From positions 8,750,721 to 8,814,720 of the forward strand of contig BDGG01000001.1 in NCBI GenBank assembly GCA_001949185.1: a stretch of 64,000 nt of DNA, in the 5' to 3' direction. Source of the stretch: Ramazzottius varieornatus. Taxonomy: Eukaryota > Animalia > Tardigrada. Below, piece by piece: positions 13,301 through 26,024 of this stretch. Position numbers and translations under genes: made by a program. The notes below the pieces were generated by a model. It was not told the origin of the DNA. It saw only the letters and a list, made by a program, of their open reading frames with translations, and did no database searches. Position 1 is the first letter of the stretch. Each line of letters opens with the position of its first letter.

Positions 13301-16300
13301 CAGTTCAAGTACATCTTCAACGCCGCGGCGTCCTTGGCCAGCTTCCCCACGCTCTTGGCGTTGTCAGCCGACGCCCCAACGAACAGTGCATAGTCGCAGA
13401 GGGCCTTCTTCTTGGCGGCATTCTGCGCAACCTTCAACAACAAAAAATTACCCGTTAAATCTTTGTCTTTTTCTGTCGCATCGTCGCTCATCTTTGAGAA
13501 CAGATGAAAGTATGATCAATAATCGCGGAACGTAATTCAGCGGACAATTCTTTCATACATCTTTTTGGAAGGAATTTTCCTATCAAGTGCGTGCCGAGCA
13601 CGGCCTTGACAGGCTTTTAACAAGGCCGTGCCAGGCACATCCTTGAGAGGCATTTCCACAGGAAAAGGCAGAATACATTCAGCACCCAAAATGCCGACTC
13701 CCCCATGAGCCACCAGACTTCTTAATGAGAATTCTGACCTTTAGTGTTTCTTCGTCGACGACAGATGGGGTGGTGTTGGGCATGCAGCAGACCATGGTGA
13801 TGCCACCAGCCAGTGCGGCTGCGGTACCGGAAGTGAAGTCTTCCTTGTGGGTGGCGCCGGGTTCGCGCATGTGCACGTGCACGTCGATGAGGCCGGGCAG
13901 GTGGATGATGCGTCGAGAAGTAATGGAGTCCAGAGAGCGGTTGATGGGTGGTGGAGAACGGTGATTGTAGATGGACTCGATCAGCAGCTTAGCCACCTTG
14001 ATGTCGGTGATGAGCGGGGTGGAAAAGTCCACCGCGGTACGACGCGTTCGGTAACCTGAAAGAAAGATCACTTTTCATTCGTCCTGCTGAACTCCTTCTT
14101 CTGGCTCAGGCCATCGGGGACAAAAAATCAGACATCATTGTTTGCTTCAAGTGGCGCACACTGTCAGCCAACAGAACTGGCATAGTGCGCCACTTGGAAG
14201 AACGGTTACTCAAGTGGCGCACACTTCCAGCTAATAACACGGGAGACGTGCGCCACCACAAAAATCAATCTTGTCCTGTTTGTTTGCCGAGCGGCCATAA
14301 TCTGTACCTTGTGTGGGACCGCCGGCAGGTTCTGCGACTTCTGCGGCGATCAGCGTTGAAGAAGCTCGACGTGCACCGCCTTTCTGGCTGGGAATGTTGA
14401 TGACGAGATCGAAGGCTTTCAGCTCCGAGGTGGGCGGAATTAGCGAGCCGCGTCGACCACGGTCTTCGTTTTCTTGTTTCGGAGGCCACTGCAGCGACTC
14501 GATCTTGACCCCGCGTTCTTGGTAGAAGTGAGCTGTACCTTCACTTCCGGCCAGCCTAAAAAGCACCAACCGTCAATTCATATTTTTTCCCTGATTTTCC
14601 TTAATTTTGGTCCCACTAACCGGAAGTCCATCTTTTGCAGAAGTTGCACTGCCGCGAAGAGTTCTTGCTTGTGAGCCAAGCTGCCTACACTCAAGTAGAC
14701 GCCATCGTTCTTTCCGTCGGGGTAACGGAAGCCGGACGCACTCATCATGGCTTTGAGGAACGCCACTTGTCGTTCTTTGCCGAAACAAGCCACTTCTCCC
14801 GTACTGGACATCTCGACACCCAAGCTGACATCGGCTTCTGGGAGACGCGAGAAGGAAAACATGGGCACCTTCACGCCCACTCGCTCCCAGTTGGCATGTT
14901 TGATCCGGAAACTGTCTTCGGGTTGCAGCTTCAAGCCCAGAGCGATGCGCGTCGCCACACCAACGAAGTCGTGATCGAGCGTCTTCATCACGAAGGGAAG
15001 AGAACGACTGCATCGAAGGTTCACTTCGATCACTTGCAGATTATCCTCCTGCACAAAGGACAAAAGTCATCGTTACAAAAGAGCTCGACTCGATGTAACA
15101 AACTCGACAAGACTGTTTTCGCAAGTGGCGCAAGGTGTCACTATTGTTAGCCGAGAGCACGCGCCACTTGAAACCTCGACAAGATTATTTTCTTACGTGG
15201 TGCACGGCTTCAGAGATATCGGCTGGAAGCGCGCGCCACTTGAAAGAGCGATGATGTCGACTTTGCAAGCCCAGCACCCCAAACGAAACAAAGGATAGTA
15301 AAACCAAGAAACTAATTTCGTAAATTGAGTACACATTCAAACAAAATTTTTTCTCTGCCAAAAAAAGGACCAATTATGAAAAGCCCATATAAAAAACAGA
15401 AACCTCTGTGTTCTCCGGAAATACCGACCTTTGCTATAAGCTGCAAGTTGAAAGGCCCATTGACATGTAGGCCCTTCCCCAACTTGGTGACGATATCACC
15501 GATGCGACTCAGCGTCTGTTCGGTCAAGTCTTGGGGAGGAGTGACAAGGGTGGCGTCGCCAGAATGGACGCCGGCATTCTCGATGTGCTCGGAGACGGCC
15601 ATGCAGACGATATCGCCATTGGCGGCGATGGCGTCCACGTCGATCTCTTTGGCTTCCTGGATAAACTTGGATACGACGATGGGCTGGTCCTTGCTGACTT
15701 TGGTCGCCAGCTGGATGTAACCGTCCAGTTCTTGTCGGCTGTAAGCCACCTGGAACGTCAACCATAGATATTAATAAGAACCCAAAAGCACTGCAAGTAC
15801 GCAACAAAAGGATAAGAGTCAAGGCCGTGTCCACGGTCAAGACAGGGCTGTGCTGACAGTAAAGACTTTGACATCAAGATGGGTGTTGGCTTACGTTCAT
15901 GGCGGCGCCACTGAGGACGTAGGAGGGACGAACTAGGCAAGGATAGCCCACTTGTTGGCAAAAGTGAAAAGCCGCCTCCAAGTCTGGACAGTACTTCCAG
16001 GCCGGCTGTCGGATCTTGAGGTCGTCAAGCAGACGCGAGAACTTGAAGCGGTTCTCGGCGTTGTCGATGGACGACGCACTGGTGCCCAGGACTTTGCACT
16101 ACGACAAGCAAGCTGTTAGTCTGCTACAGAAGAGACATCTTGGTTATGGTACCTTTTCTCTGTCCAAGTCGATAGCGATATTATTGGGTAGTTGACCACC
16201 CATGGACAAGATGATGCCTTCGGGTTGTTCCAGCTCGTAGATCTCCATGACCGACTCGAAGGAAATCTCCTCAAAGTACAGTCTATCACACTTGTCATAG

Positions 16301-19300
16301 TCTGTGCTGACAGTCTCGGGGTTGCAATTGATCATGACCGAGGACCTTTCTTGACGTCGCAGCTCGTCCAGGCAGCCCACCGCGCAACAGTCAAACTCCA
16401 CCGAGCTGCCGATCCTGTAGACGCCTGAGCCCAACACGATCACCACTGGCTAGAAAAACACGAAAAAAGCTAGCACTTATTCCCTGTAGCTTAGTCTCTA
16501 ACGTACAGACACATTCCGAAGAGAAAGCTATACAGCGACAGATGTCAAGAAAATGTTCCAACTCGCTTCACACACCTGCGCACCACGACATACTACCAAA
16601 GTCAGACGCCACCTGTATGCAGGTTTGCGAGGCGAAAACTAGTACAAACATCGCGTTCCTGCATACGTTTGACCAGTAAACTGTGGGGCTTCAACGGTAT
16701 ACAGGTCAGTGCAAAGTTCTTACGGGCTTTGTTTACCTGTGAGTTTTCGATGGGGTAGGTGACATCATGCTGTTGGCCATGGTATGTTAAGTATAGATAG
16801 TTTGTTTCTGCCGGCCACTCGCCCGACAGCGTGTCAATCTGTTTGACCCAAGGTCGAATCTCCAGCCTTTTTCGATGGGCTCTGACGGCTCGTTCTTCGT
16901 TCTTGATGCAGACCGCGATCTGCTTGTCGGAGAAGCCAAGACGTTTGGCTTCCAGCAGCAGCTCGCCATCGAGGTCGTCCAGCCTGAAGGACTTGATCTC
17001 GCCCCTCGAAGCAAGCTTCAGGTTCATCTGGATGATGTTGTTCATTCGCTGTAGGAACCACTTGTCGATTCTGGTCCATTCGTGTAGAACGTCGAGGGAC
17101 AGCTTTCCTTTGGCCAAAGCCGTGGCTAAAGTAAGCATTCGCTTGTCCGTTGGGTGCCGCAAATCCTAAATAGAAAAACCCTCAAATGAGAAGCAAAAAA
17201 CCCTCAAATGAGAAGCCGGCAAATGAAATGTTCAAGATCCTTGTACCAAGTGGCGCACTTCTTCATTGCTGCTGGCTGGAAGCGTGCGCAACTTTCGATT
17301 ACGATTTGCATATTTCGTCAATAAAACTGTTTTCTCGCCTATTACACCCCTACGTGAAATACTACCTCCTCCGAGACTGGTTCCCGGTAAGGATCAAAGC
17401 CACTAAGATGCTCGTCGACCATCCGGAAGGCTTTCTGGAAGGCTTCTTCGAAGTTGCGACCAATGGCCATCACTTCGCCGATACTCTTCATCGAACTTCC
17501 AATCTATAAAGACCAGCCGCTGTTAAAGTCTCTGATCCACTGATGTTAGTTAGAATGGCAGCAGAAAGCGAAGGTACCTTGGTGTTGACTTTGTCGAACT
17601 TGTTGAGATCCCATCGTGGCATCTTCACGACGCAGTAGTCCAGACTGGGTTCGAAGCAGGCCGTCGTCTTCTTCGTCACCGAGTTCCTCAGCTCGACCAA
17701 ACTCTGACCGATGGACAGCTTGGCGGCGATGTAGGCCAGGGGATAGCCTGTAGCTTTGCTGGCCAGAGCCGAACTGCGCGACAGACGAGCGTTCACTTCC
17801 ACCACGTAAAACTACAACAAAACACACATCTGATCAACTGGACAAACAAAGAATCTGCTATTACCCTCAAAATTCCGCATGGGAAAAGTATCTGATCTTG
17901 ATAGTTAAGGGACATTATCTAACTCAAACTATTCCGAATTCGGATGGAAAGCACACTTCATCTTTGATTTTTTAGCAAACATAAGTATTTTCTAAGAGTA
18001 GCTACGCTATTTAACTAATTGAATTTTCAGAAATGTCTCCTTGGACCACTGCTTGATGAATATTTTCAAATCTTCAAAACGTTTCCGTCTTACCTCTAAT
18101 GATTTGGGGTCGAGTGCATACTGGATATTGCATTCTCCCACCACGCCCAAATGGCGAATGATCCGTATAGCCGCGGTTCTCAGCAAGTTGTACTCTTCGT
18201 TGGACAGTGTCTGACTGGGCGCCACCACCACCGACTCGCCGGTGTGGATGCCCAACGGGTCGACATTCTCCATGTTGCAGACGGTGATGCAGTTATCGTG
18301 AATGTCCCTGACCACCTCATACTCCACCTCTTTCCAGCCACTCAACGACTTATCAATCAGGATCTGTCGCGAGACGGTAAAAGCCTTCAGGGCTAAGGCC
18401 TCCACCTCGCTGGAATCTTTGGCGAACCCCGAACCTAGTCCACCCAGAGCGAAAGCTGCCCGAATCAGCACTGGGTAGCCGATCTCGGCAGCAGCTGCCA
18501 CCGCTTCAACGATGCTTTCCGCCGATCGACTAGGCGCCACCTACAGAAAGATTCGGATTTATTTTTTTGAAATTCAAAAGTTCGATCAAACCAGTCGCGT
18601 AGAATGCTGTGTAAAGTAAGAGAGATCGTAGACAAGCTCCTGCAGGCCTTCTTCCGCCTGACGCAGAGCAACACAGTTTCACTAGTACAACATACACAAT
18701 AAACTAATACTCGATGGCTGTGAAGTCGATAATCAAATTTTCTGGAAGACGCCGAGTTACTCAAAACGGCCTTTATTCTTTCAATGTTTTTTTTTACCAA
18801 CCTTGTAGCCGACTTCTTGCATCTTCTCAGCGAAAATCTTGCGGTCTTCCGTGTTGATGATGACCTGTACTGGCGTCCCCAGCACAAGAACTCCATATTT
18901 CGAGAGAACGTCGGACTTGTGCAGCTCGATACCGCAGTTCAGTGCTGTTTGTCCACCGAAATTCAAAAGGATGCCGTCCGGCCTTTCCGACTCGATCACC
19001 TAATAGTACAAGCATTGATTGTCACCAGCTACCAAAAGAAAAAGATCGATCGTATTGAGTACACAGTATCAAATAATTATACAGCCTTGATTCGACTGTG
19101 ATGCCCGGGCTTTACATATTTTTGACAATACGCGTGTCAAGAATTATGCCTTTTTTTCTACAAACATACTTGTGTGACATAGTGAAGAGTGATGGGCAGG
19201 AAGTAGACCGTAGTGGCGAGGTTCTTTGAAGTCTGGACAGTGGCGATGTTGGGGTTGATGAGGACCGTGTTGATGCCTTCTTCTTGAAGGGCTTTGATGG

Positions 19301-21850
19301 CTTGTGAGCCCGAGTAGTCAAACTCACCAGCCTGACCGATGCTCAAGCCACCAGAACCCAGGATCAGCACCTTGCGAGGTTTGGGCGGTGTCCGCTCCTC
19401 ACCTCTCGACGGCGCCAGCTGGTTCAGTATAGCTGCTTTCAAGTCATGCGACTTCTTCACCGTGAAACTTCGAACACCATCGAGAAAGACGTCAAACAGG
19501 CATTCCAGATCTCGGGGACCTGCTGCATGCTCGGGATGAAACTGAACCCTGCAAAGAGCAAAGCAGACAACCAGGTTTCAGCCAATGGGCAGCTCTCAGC
19601 CACTTGCATACTCAAAATCGGGCACAGTAGGTAAAGGAGTGTATGTAGGTATGTAAAACACTGAACCTGCATACTCAGGCCTTGGGCAGATCCAGTACGA
19701 GATTTGTATGCAGGAGCGTGACAGACTACCCCTTATTGCCTTTTCTCAATACTTTACAGCGAAATGTGATTTTTTTCATCTCGGTTTTTCAGGGACTATC
19801 TTCAAGTATAATGAATTTAGGTCAAACTTTTATGCGTATTATTTGTCTGTGAAAAATATCTGCTTACGAGAAGACAGGCTTTGTGAGACAGATAAGTCCT
19901 TCGTTGGTCTCATCGTTGGCATTCTGGAAGAGTTCTTCCCAGCCCTTCGGTAGCGCAGTCGTGTCCAGTTCGTAGCCGTGGTTCTGACTAGTGATGAAGC
20001 ACCTGTTGGTCCCACATAGTCGCGCAGGCTGGTTGTGGCCGCGATGGCCGAAGGGCATCTTACGGGCTGTCAGTCCGGCGGCCAGTCCAACGATCTGATG
20101 TCCCATGCATATACCTAATCCACGAAAAAAATCTCGCGTGTTCTTGATGGAATTACAACGAGACAAGGCAGTTAGGCTATCGGAATCCCCTATGTGGGAC
20201 AGTGGGAGTAACCGATAGGTGAACAATCTTAACAAGACCGTAACCCAAGTGGCGCACGTGCCCACTGTTACCGACCGATAACGTGCGCCACATCGAAAAC
20301 AAATTTTGTCGACTTTGATTGTTTCGCCAAAGTGGCGCACATTTTTTGCGTTACTGGCTGGGAGCGTGCGCCATTCAAACTCATTGTAACAAGATTGTTT
20401 GCCGCGGTCCATATCTCACCAAAGACAGGTTTCATGTGGGGGAGTTGGAAGTAGTGTGCGAGGTTGGTTATGAGCATTCGACACAGCTCGGGGTCGCCAG
20501 GTCCGTTACTGATGAAGAGTCCGTCGAACTGCGGCATGAGAGAAAGCAAGTCACAATCCCAAGGTGCTACCTGCACTGCAACGTTTCGGGCCAGGAAGCA
20601 TCGAAGCTGGTTGTATTTCAGACCGCAGTCAATCACTAGGACTTTGAGCTTTCCGGCAGGATTCATCATTTTGGATAGTGTCTGTAAAACAACCCAATGG
20701 TTCCAGAACAAGTAAACAATTGAAAAACTAACATATTGTTCGGAAATATTTTCAAGTTCCCACAATGTTTAATCTATCTTCGAGGTAGCTCTTTACCCGT
20801 TCAAGGTTTTGTTCGAACTCAAATGGGATTGGCTTACTTTAGTTGAGACTTCGGCGACCAAATTTCTTTGGGTGATGTCAAAGAAATTCAGCGATCTGGG
20901 AATCGTGTCTCCAGCAATGATCTGGAAAACACAGTCAACAAACATAGTGATCGGAAGTCGATACATTAATTGGCGCACTGTATAAGAGATTGCGCTATAA
21001 GAGATCGCGCTATATTCGTACTTTTCCTGCCATGGTCCCAGATGATCGTAGTTTCATCGTCAATGCTCTCGTGTCGATTCCTAGCACATACATGCTTGGG
21101 TTACAGTCAATAGGATGACTACGATGCTGTGTGGCGGTACTTACCCGAGATTCCGGTGACATTTTGCTCGATTAGCCACTGGTCAAGAGATCTGGAAGCA
21201 TTCCAGTGGCTATACTGCGCACTCAGCTCTCCGACAACCAAGCCAACTGGCCATACTTTGGACGACTCGTGCCACCGAAGCAGATCCTTCTCGAGAGGTT
21301 CCTCTTCATCTCTGGGGACGCCATAGTTGCCAATCATAGGGTAGGTGAGGACGAGAATTTGGGCATGGTACGATGGATCCGTCAGCGATTCAACGTAACC
21401 CACCATTCCCGTCTGGAAAACTACAAGACAAAACCGAACTCTAATTTCTTTCCATGCTAAACCTCCTTAACACACTGCTCCACACTCTTGAAGATCCGAA
21501 ATAAAAGTACAGCTTGACCAACAATGCTCCACGTTGGAGTTATGCAACAGGTTTCGGACAAAGTGGCGCAAGACCAAGCCACGAATGACGTAACAGGCAA
21601 ACCTGTTCTGCGTACAGTTATTGGCTGGGTAGTAAAACGCTGCCTGAACGACGCCATGCGCGACTTGCTCGAGCGGGAATAATTCCCGTAGCTGTCTATA
21701 AGGACAATTCAAAAGCGCGCCAAAACACTATCGACGATTCTGGTTACGCAGACAGAACCTACCGACTTCTCCGTCAACGTCGCGCTCAGCTCCGAACCGT
21801 CCTCCAGGTAAGCTCGATCCATCTTCGAGGATCAGAGTAACGCGCTCCAT
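10346..21850 (-). CDS. CAD: CAD trifunctional protein (glutamine-dependent CPSase, dihydroorotase, aspartate transcarbamylase), ~25 exons
   Basis: Starts [11 protein letters not shown]...GEV|FQTGMVGY. GATase GICMGHQ and FHPE; [20 protein letters not shown] and [14 protein letters not shown]; [22 protein letters not shown]; ATCase [23 protein letters not shown]. Stop TAA at 10346-10348. The junctions I checked splice in frame. Confidence 0.97.
11039..11225. repeat. Family A palindromic module, 2 units
   Basis: AGCTCGGTAAACAAACTGGACAAGA cap; CAD intron. Confidence 0.9.
11523..11571. repeat. Family B palindrome, 1 unit
   Basis: GCCTGCATAC-N29-GTATGCAGGT in a CAD intron. Confidence 0.75.
12655..12847. 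repeat. Family A palindromic module, 2 units
   Basis: Arm pairs plus AATCAAACTCGACAAGA linker and GCCGAGCT end; in the CAD GC-AG intron. Confidence 0.9.
13565..13670. repeat. Family C palindrome
   Basis: GCACGGCCTTG...CAAGGCCGTGC hairpin in a CAD intron; related pieces at ~15820, ~35030 and ~50420. Confidence 0.55.
14135..14293. repeat. Family A palindromic module, 2 units
   Basis: Two arm pairs and GTTTGTTTGCCGAGC end; CAD intron. Confidence 0.9.
15082..15270. repeat. Family A palindromic module, 2 units
   Basis: AAACTCGACAAGA linkers and arm pairs; CAD intron. Confidence 0.88.
16574..16706. repeat. Family B palindrome, 2 units
   Basis: ACCTGCGCAC-N31-GTATGCAGGT and TCCTGCATAC-N30-GTATACAGGT, 83-bp period; CAD intron. 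Confidence 0.75.
17213..17305. repeat. Family A palindromic module, 1 unit
   Basis: CAAGTGGCGCAC-N25-GTGCGCA, preceded by a 21-22 bp tandem duplication (17174-17216); CAD intron. Confidence 0.85.
19602..19715. repeat. Family B palindrome, 2 units
   Basis: ACTTGCATAC-N29-GTATGTAGGT and ACCTGCATAC-N31-GTATGCAGGA; CAD intron. Confidence 0.75.
20235..20405. repeat. Family A palindromic module, 2 units
   Basis: Two arm pairs and TGTTTGCCG end; CAD intron. Confidence 0.9.
21545..21680. repeat. Family A palindromic module, degenerate
   Basis: AAAGTGGCGCA, GTTATTGGCTGG and TGCGCGACTTG remnants; CAD intron 1. Confidence 0.55.
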
Positions 21851-22650
21851 TCTGCGACCGGCTCCGCAACGCTTTAGAAGCAACTGGATACTGCAAATCG
21901 CTTGCTCGATCTGGGATTTTCTGGTGGCCGTCTTCAGTTACACGAAACCTTCACCAAGTTCTGACTACTAAACGATAAGAAGAACAGCGGAGTGACAAGC
22001 TGTTTCGCTGATGGAAAATGCCTTGACTTCAGAGACATTTTGCAAACGACAATATGGCGCAATACCTTTTCCAGAAGTGGACCAACGGAGTAAGGGTGAC
22101 TCATGCGGCGCGCCATCAAAGTCTGAAATAGTTTCATTATTAAGGATTTCGAAGTTCAAAGTGGACTTTGACGTTGAGGCCATTCAACTCCGTGACTTTC
22201 AATTACCACCTGTCTGGATTACTAAACGTTGCTTTCAATCAATATACTGAGTTTCCTACTAAGCTTAATGTTTTCGTTTCTGTTGTTGCATTAGTAGAAC
22301 TGTAGAACAGAACAATTTCTCGGTGAAGATGTCACAGTTTTGTGGATCAAATGTTGCGTTTCATAAACAAAAAAGTCAGTCAGTTTTCAGATGCCTAATT
22401 GCCTACCAAAAACTTCGAGCACAAAGTACTACTAACTACTATTCGCGAAGTATGAATACCACTCATGGTGCCTGGATAGCAACTTGGCAAGCCGTTCGGC
22501 CGAACTCATTTGATTTTTGATTTGATTGAATCAGTCCAGGGGAATCGTTCTTCTTAGTTCTTCATCTGGATTCTGGAATCTGGATTTGTTAATTGCCATT
22601 CGGGAAACTGGGATATCACGTCTTACGCTTTTGGTGGCCTCTACTGCTGC

Positions 22651-24883
22651 ATGAAGTCCTATCCTGGCCTCATAATGCCCGTGAGGCTGGAAGACTTTGC
22701 TTCCGGTTTGCTTCTGCCCTTCCTGGATGGAGCATCCAGACGAGTACGCACTGCCCTCCATCCAGCTCCTCTCGTAAGCTTCGTCTCCAAGCCAGTGTTC
22801 CTGACGGTAGAGAAGCTCGGACCTGCAAAGCCTTACCTTGCCTTTATTGGACTCTGCGCCAGCTGCTACGTTGCTGCTAGAGTCATCTACCATTTCTGGC
22901 GAGGTGTGGTGTCGTACTTTCTAGCTGGTCCACTTTGTCTGGGCACCAATCTGAAGAAGCTGACGCAAGACAATGGATGGGCACGTACGTGTATGATTCT
23001 ACCTGCTCACCGACGTTTTCCAATCATCAGCACTTATGTTATGATTAGTTGATCTTCTTCGGTAGTCATAACGGGAGCGACCGATGGACTCGGCCTTGCA
23101 TTCGCCAAAGAGGTTGGTTTGATCATATTATCAAATTTCACGCACTTCGACAGAGCTGCGCGTGGCACCATTGACTGTACGTGTTATAACATTGAGCTTG
23201 TTACGTCATACGCCACTCAAGGTGTAAACTGAGACTGTTCATGCTCGATGGCGCACTCTTCCAGCCCATAACGATGATGACGTGCGTCACTTAAGCTGAC
23301 GACCTTTCTTGCTCTGTCCCCAAATCGTTCTTCTGATTCTCAGCTGGCAAGGAAAGGAGTGAACGTCATGTTGGTGGGGAAGAATGCTGAAAAGCTCGAT
23401 ATGGTGGCCCGCGAAATCGGCAAGTGTAACTTCTTACGATGTTTTAACGCATTTGGGTCGTTCGTTTGCTTCGTTCTCCGTGGAAGCAACTGGGGCAATG
23501 CAATTTATAGAAGCCCAATTTAGAGTCAAGGCAGACATGCTGGTCATCGATTTTCGCAACTGCACCGTGGAAGAATACGCACAGATAAAAGAGAAGCTGA
23601 AAGTTATACAAGTGGATATCTTAAGTAAGATATAACAGTCATTTTCTTTAACGATTTACAGTGAGTTATCAACATCACTTCTTTTTGTTTACATTTAATA
23701 ACGTTGGGATCGCCACCGGAAGTTCCGACAGCTTCGGTAATCATCCTGACACAGAGCAGGTTTGTTGATCGGGATTTCTGAAGGTCAAGATCGTTTTCCC
23801 AAGCAGCGCAGGCGTCCAGTTAACTGCACTGGAAACGTGCGCCACATGGGAAAACGATCAAACTCGGCTAGATCGTTTGTCAAGTGCGCACCCTTCTGGC
23901 TAATAATACCGCAAGCGTGCGCCACTTAGGAGAACAATCTTGTGGAATGTGTTTGCTGAGTTCTTAATTGTCAAGGGATCTCCGTTTCTAGCTATGTCTG
24001 GATTTCCTGCACATAAATCTGGCTACTATGCTTTTTGTAAGGACTTCTGGCTTCTCGACAGCGAGTGCTGCTGGGAGACCCGCCTGTCTTACCGGTTAGT
24101 TCTTGCAGTTTATCCATTTCGTCCTTCCGGGTATGAAAGCCCGAAAGAAGGGTGTGATAGTCAACCTGAGTTCAGTGGCTGCCGTCTACCCTCTTCCCAA
24201 CTATGCCTTGTATGGAGCCACAAAAGCCTTCGTAAGTTTACGAGGATGGATTTTGAAAGCCGAACTCTGTGACCAGCACTGTTTCCGCATAGGTTGCTTT
24301 CTTCTCAACCGCTCTTGACCGTGAGTGTCGACCATATGGCATCTTTGTACAGGTAAGGCATTCTCCCCGCTCTATCATCAAGTCAGTCAACTGTATGGAT
24401 GGCGTTGTGATTGTTTTTCTTCTTGCAGACGCTGTTTCCGGGTCCCGTCCTCACTAGCAGGACGAGGAACCAGGGGAAATCCGTCTTCCTGGTCCAGGCA
24501 ATTCCCTATGCTCGAGCAGCCCTCTCTCAGGTAAGGGACGGGAAGGGAGCTGATGAAACAAAACGATCGATATTGTTTTCTCAAGTGGCGCACACTTTCT
24601 TTGTTACTGAATGGAATGGCGCGCCACTCATCATAATGATCTTGTACGTTGGGTTTTCCCTCATCCCAGATATGTTTCCATTTTCATTCTCAAACTTGTC
24701 ATGTATATAATTATGATACCAACTGTGTATGTGAGTGCAGTCTTCGCTGACTCGTAGATTGGTTTACGAAGACGAACTTTCGGCCACTGGATACATGCGT
24801 TGATGGTGTCGATAGCCAAGCCCATACCTCTGTGGTTGCAGCGCCGTCTGCTGAGACCGCGTTCTAGCACCTTGAGAACCTGA
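22651..24883 (+). CDS. SDR, 17beta-HSD12 / very-long-chain 3-oxoacyl-CoA reductase-like, paralogue 1
   Basis: N-terminal hydrophobic segment, WALITGATDGLG, NNVG, VIVNLSS, YALYGATK (YxxxK), FPGPV, RTFGHWIH; stop 24881-24883. Start is ATG 22651 or 22675. One acceptor is anomalous (see findings). Confidence 0.88.
23230..23305. repeat. Family A palindromic module, 1 unit
   Basis: TGGCGCAC TCTTCCAGCCC...GTGCGTCACTT; SDR paralogue 1 intron. Confidence 0.8.
23783..23962. repeat. Family A palindromic module, 2 units
   Basis: Arm pairs plus CGATCAAACTCGGCTAGATCG linker; SDR paralogue 1 intron. Confidence 0.9.
24555..24640. repeat. Family A palindromic module, 1 unit
   Basis: TCAAGTGGCGCAC...GCGCGCCACT; SDR paralogue 1 last intron. 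Confidence 0.85.
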
Positions 24884-25902
24884 CTGTTAGGCCATGAGAA
24901 GGTTTCGAGCCGTCTCCGAGGGACGAACGTTCATATTCTTGTTTTACTTTTATTGGCATTTGTTTCTCGTATAGTCTGTGGATTCTCCATCGAGACCAAC
25001 ATGACATGGTTTCACCTAATGCTGCACGATCTGTCCTGTTTTCGCATCCAGAATTTTCGCATGTAATACCGGTTATCATAAAAATTTCTGAACTGGGAAT
25101 TCTCAGCCCCCAGAAATATACAACCGCTATATACCAAGAAATAGTTTTGGTCATCTTGTAAAATTTAGATGCATCGTGGATGGATGAATTGACAAGACTG
25201 AAAGAGGAGTCGAGGAACTGCAAGGCTGAACGAGGGTGATGGAAATGTCTGGCAGGACCGAGGTTGTGGGTCACACAGTCACGCCGCACAGATCCAGTGA
25301 TGGATGCGGATGTAGGGATGGCGCAGAAGCTGCCAGGCCGGTTATGAGCTGAAGCTTTGCTACCGCAGTAACTTTTGCCACGATATGTTTCTGCTACTAA
25401 TAGCTCGCTGCTGCTACTGCTTGTGGTACAGTAGGCCATCCTTACCAAGACCGTGTCCTTCTTTTTTTAATATTCGCATCTAGGAACGGTAGACTTCAGG
25501 GAAAGAAAACAATGGCTGCCCAGTACTAATCCGTAGGTTAAAAACGCGAAACTTAGATAGTGTAGTATAGGCATCTTGCCGAGTATAGAAAACGGGCAAA
25601 AGATTCAAACGAAGAATACAATCTAGTACATGGAATTTTTGTAAAGGTCATGATGGAACCATCTCACGCCGTTTCACAAATTCGGGATTATAAGATGCTA
25701 ATGAGACGATTTGTGAGCATCACGATGATTCGCATTAAATGCATATTCAGTGCAGGACAGGCGAAGGTCACACGATCTGAATCCGTTAAAGGTCATCGAG
25801 TTCTCCAACCAAAGAGTTCTCCACTCGGGTCTGCGTTACTCTGAATCACTTTTTATTCGTACAAACAACCCTTACCAAACCGCACAGGGTAATCACAATT
25901 TA

Positions 25903-26024
25903 CAGTATGATGCTTACCGAGTACGAGTTCCCCGTTTCGGTTTTTGAATAGATGCTGCTGAAAACGGCCAACTTCCGGTTCGCTCATAAGGCCTTCGGGA
26001 ACTCAGGACTCGCGCAACGTATTG
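25903..26024. mobile_element. Small degenerate inverted-repeat element (~120 bp)
   Basis: Left CAGTATGATGCTTACCGAGTACGAGTTCCC versus reverse complement of right arm CAATACGTTGCGCGAGTCCTGAGTTCCC. Confidence 0.4.

Noticed and set aside
7897-19539. Long plus-strand ORFs opposite CFAP91 and CAD (e.g. 7897-8424, 10723-11307, 11970-12437)
   Set aside because: Antisense shadows of well-supported minus-strand exons.
24864-25448. 194-aa minus-strand ORF overlapping the SDR1 3' end
   Set aside because: No recognisable domain, no convincing splice chain, and a non-ATG start in the ORF track.
25676-25700. CAAATTCGGG resembling the start of miR-10-3p upstream of Dfd
   Set aside because: No TACCCTGTAG 5p arm and no hairpin partner nearby.
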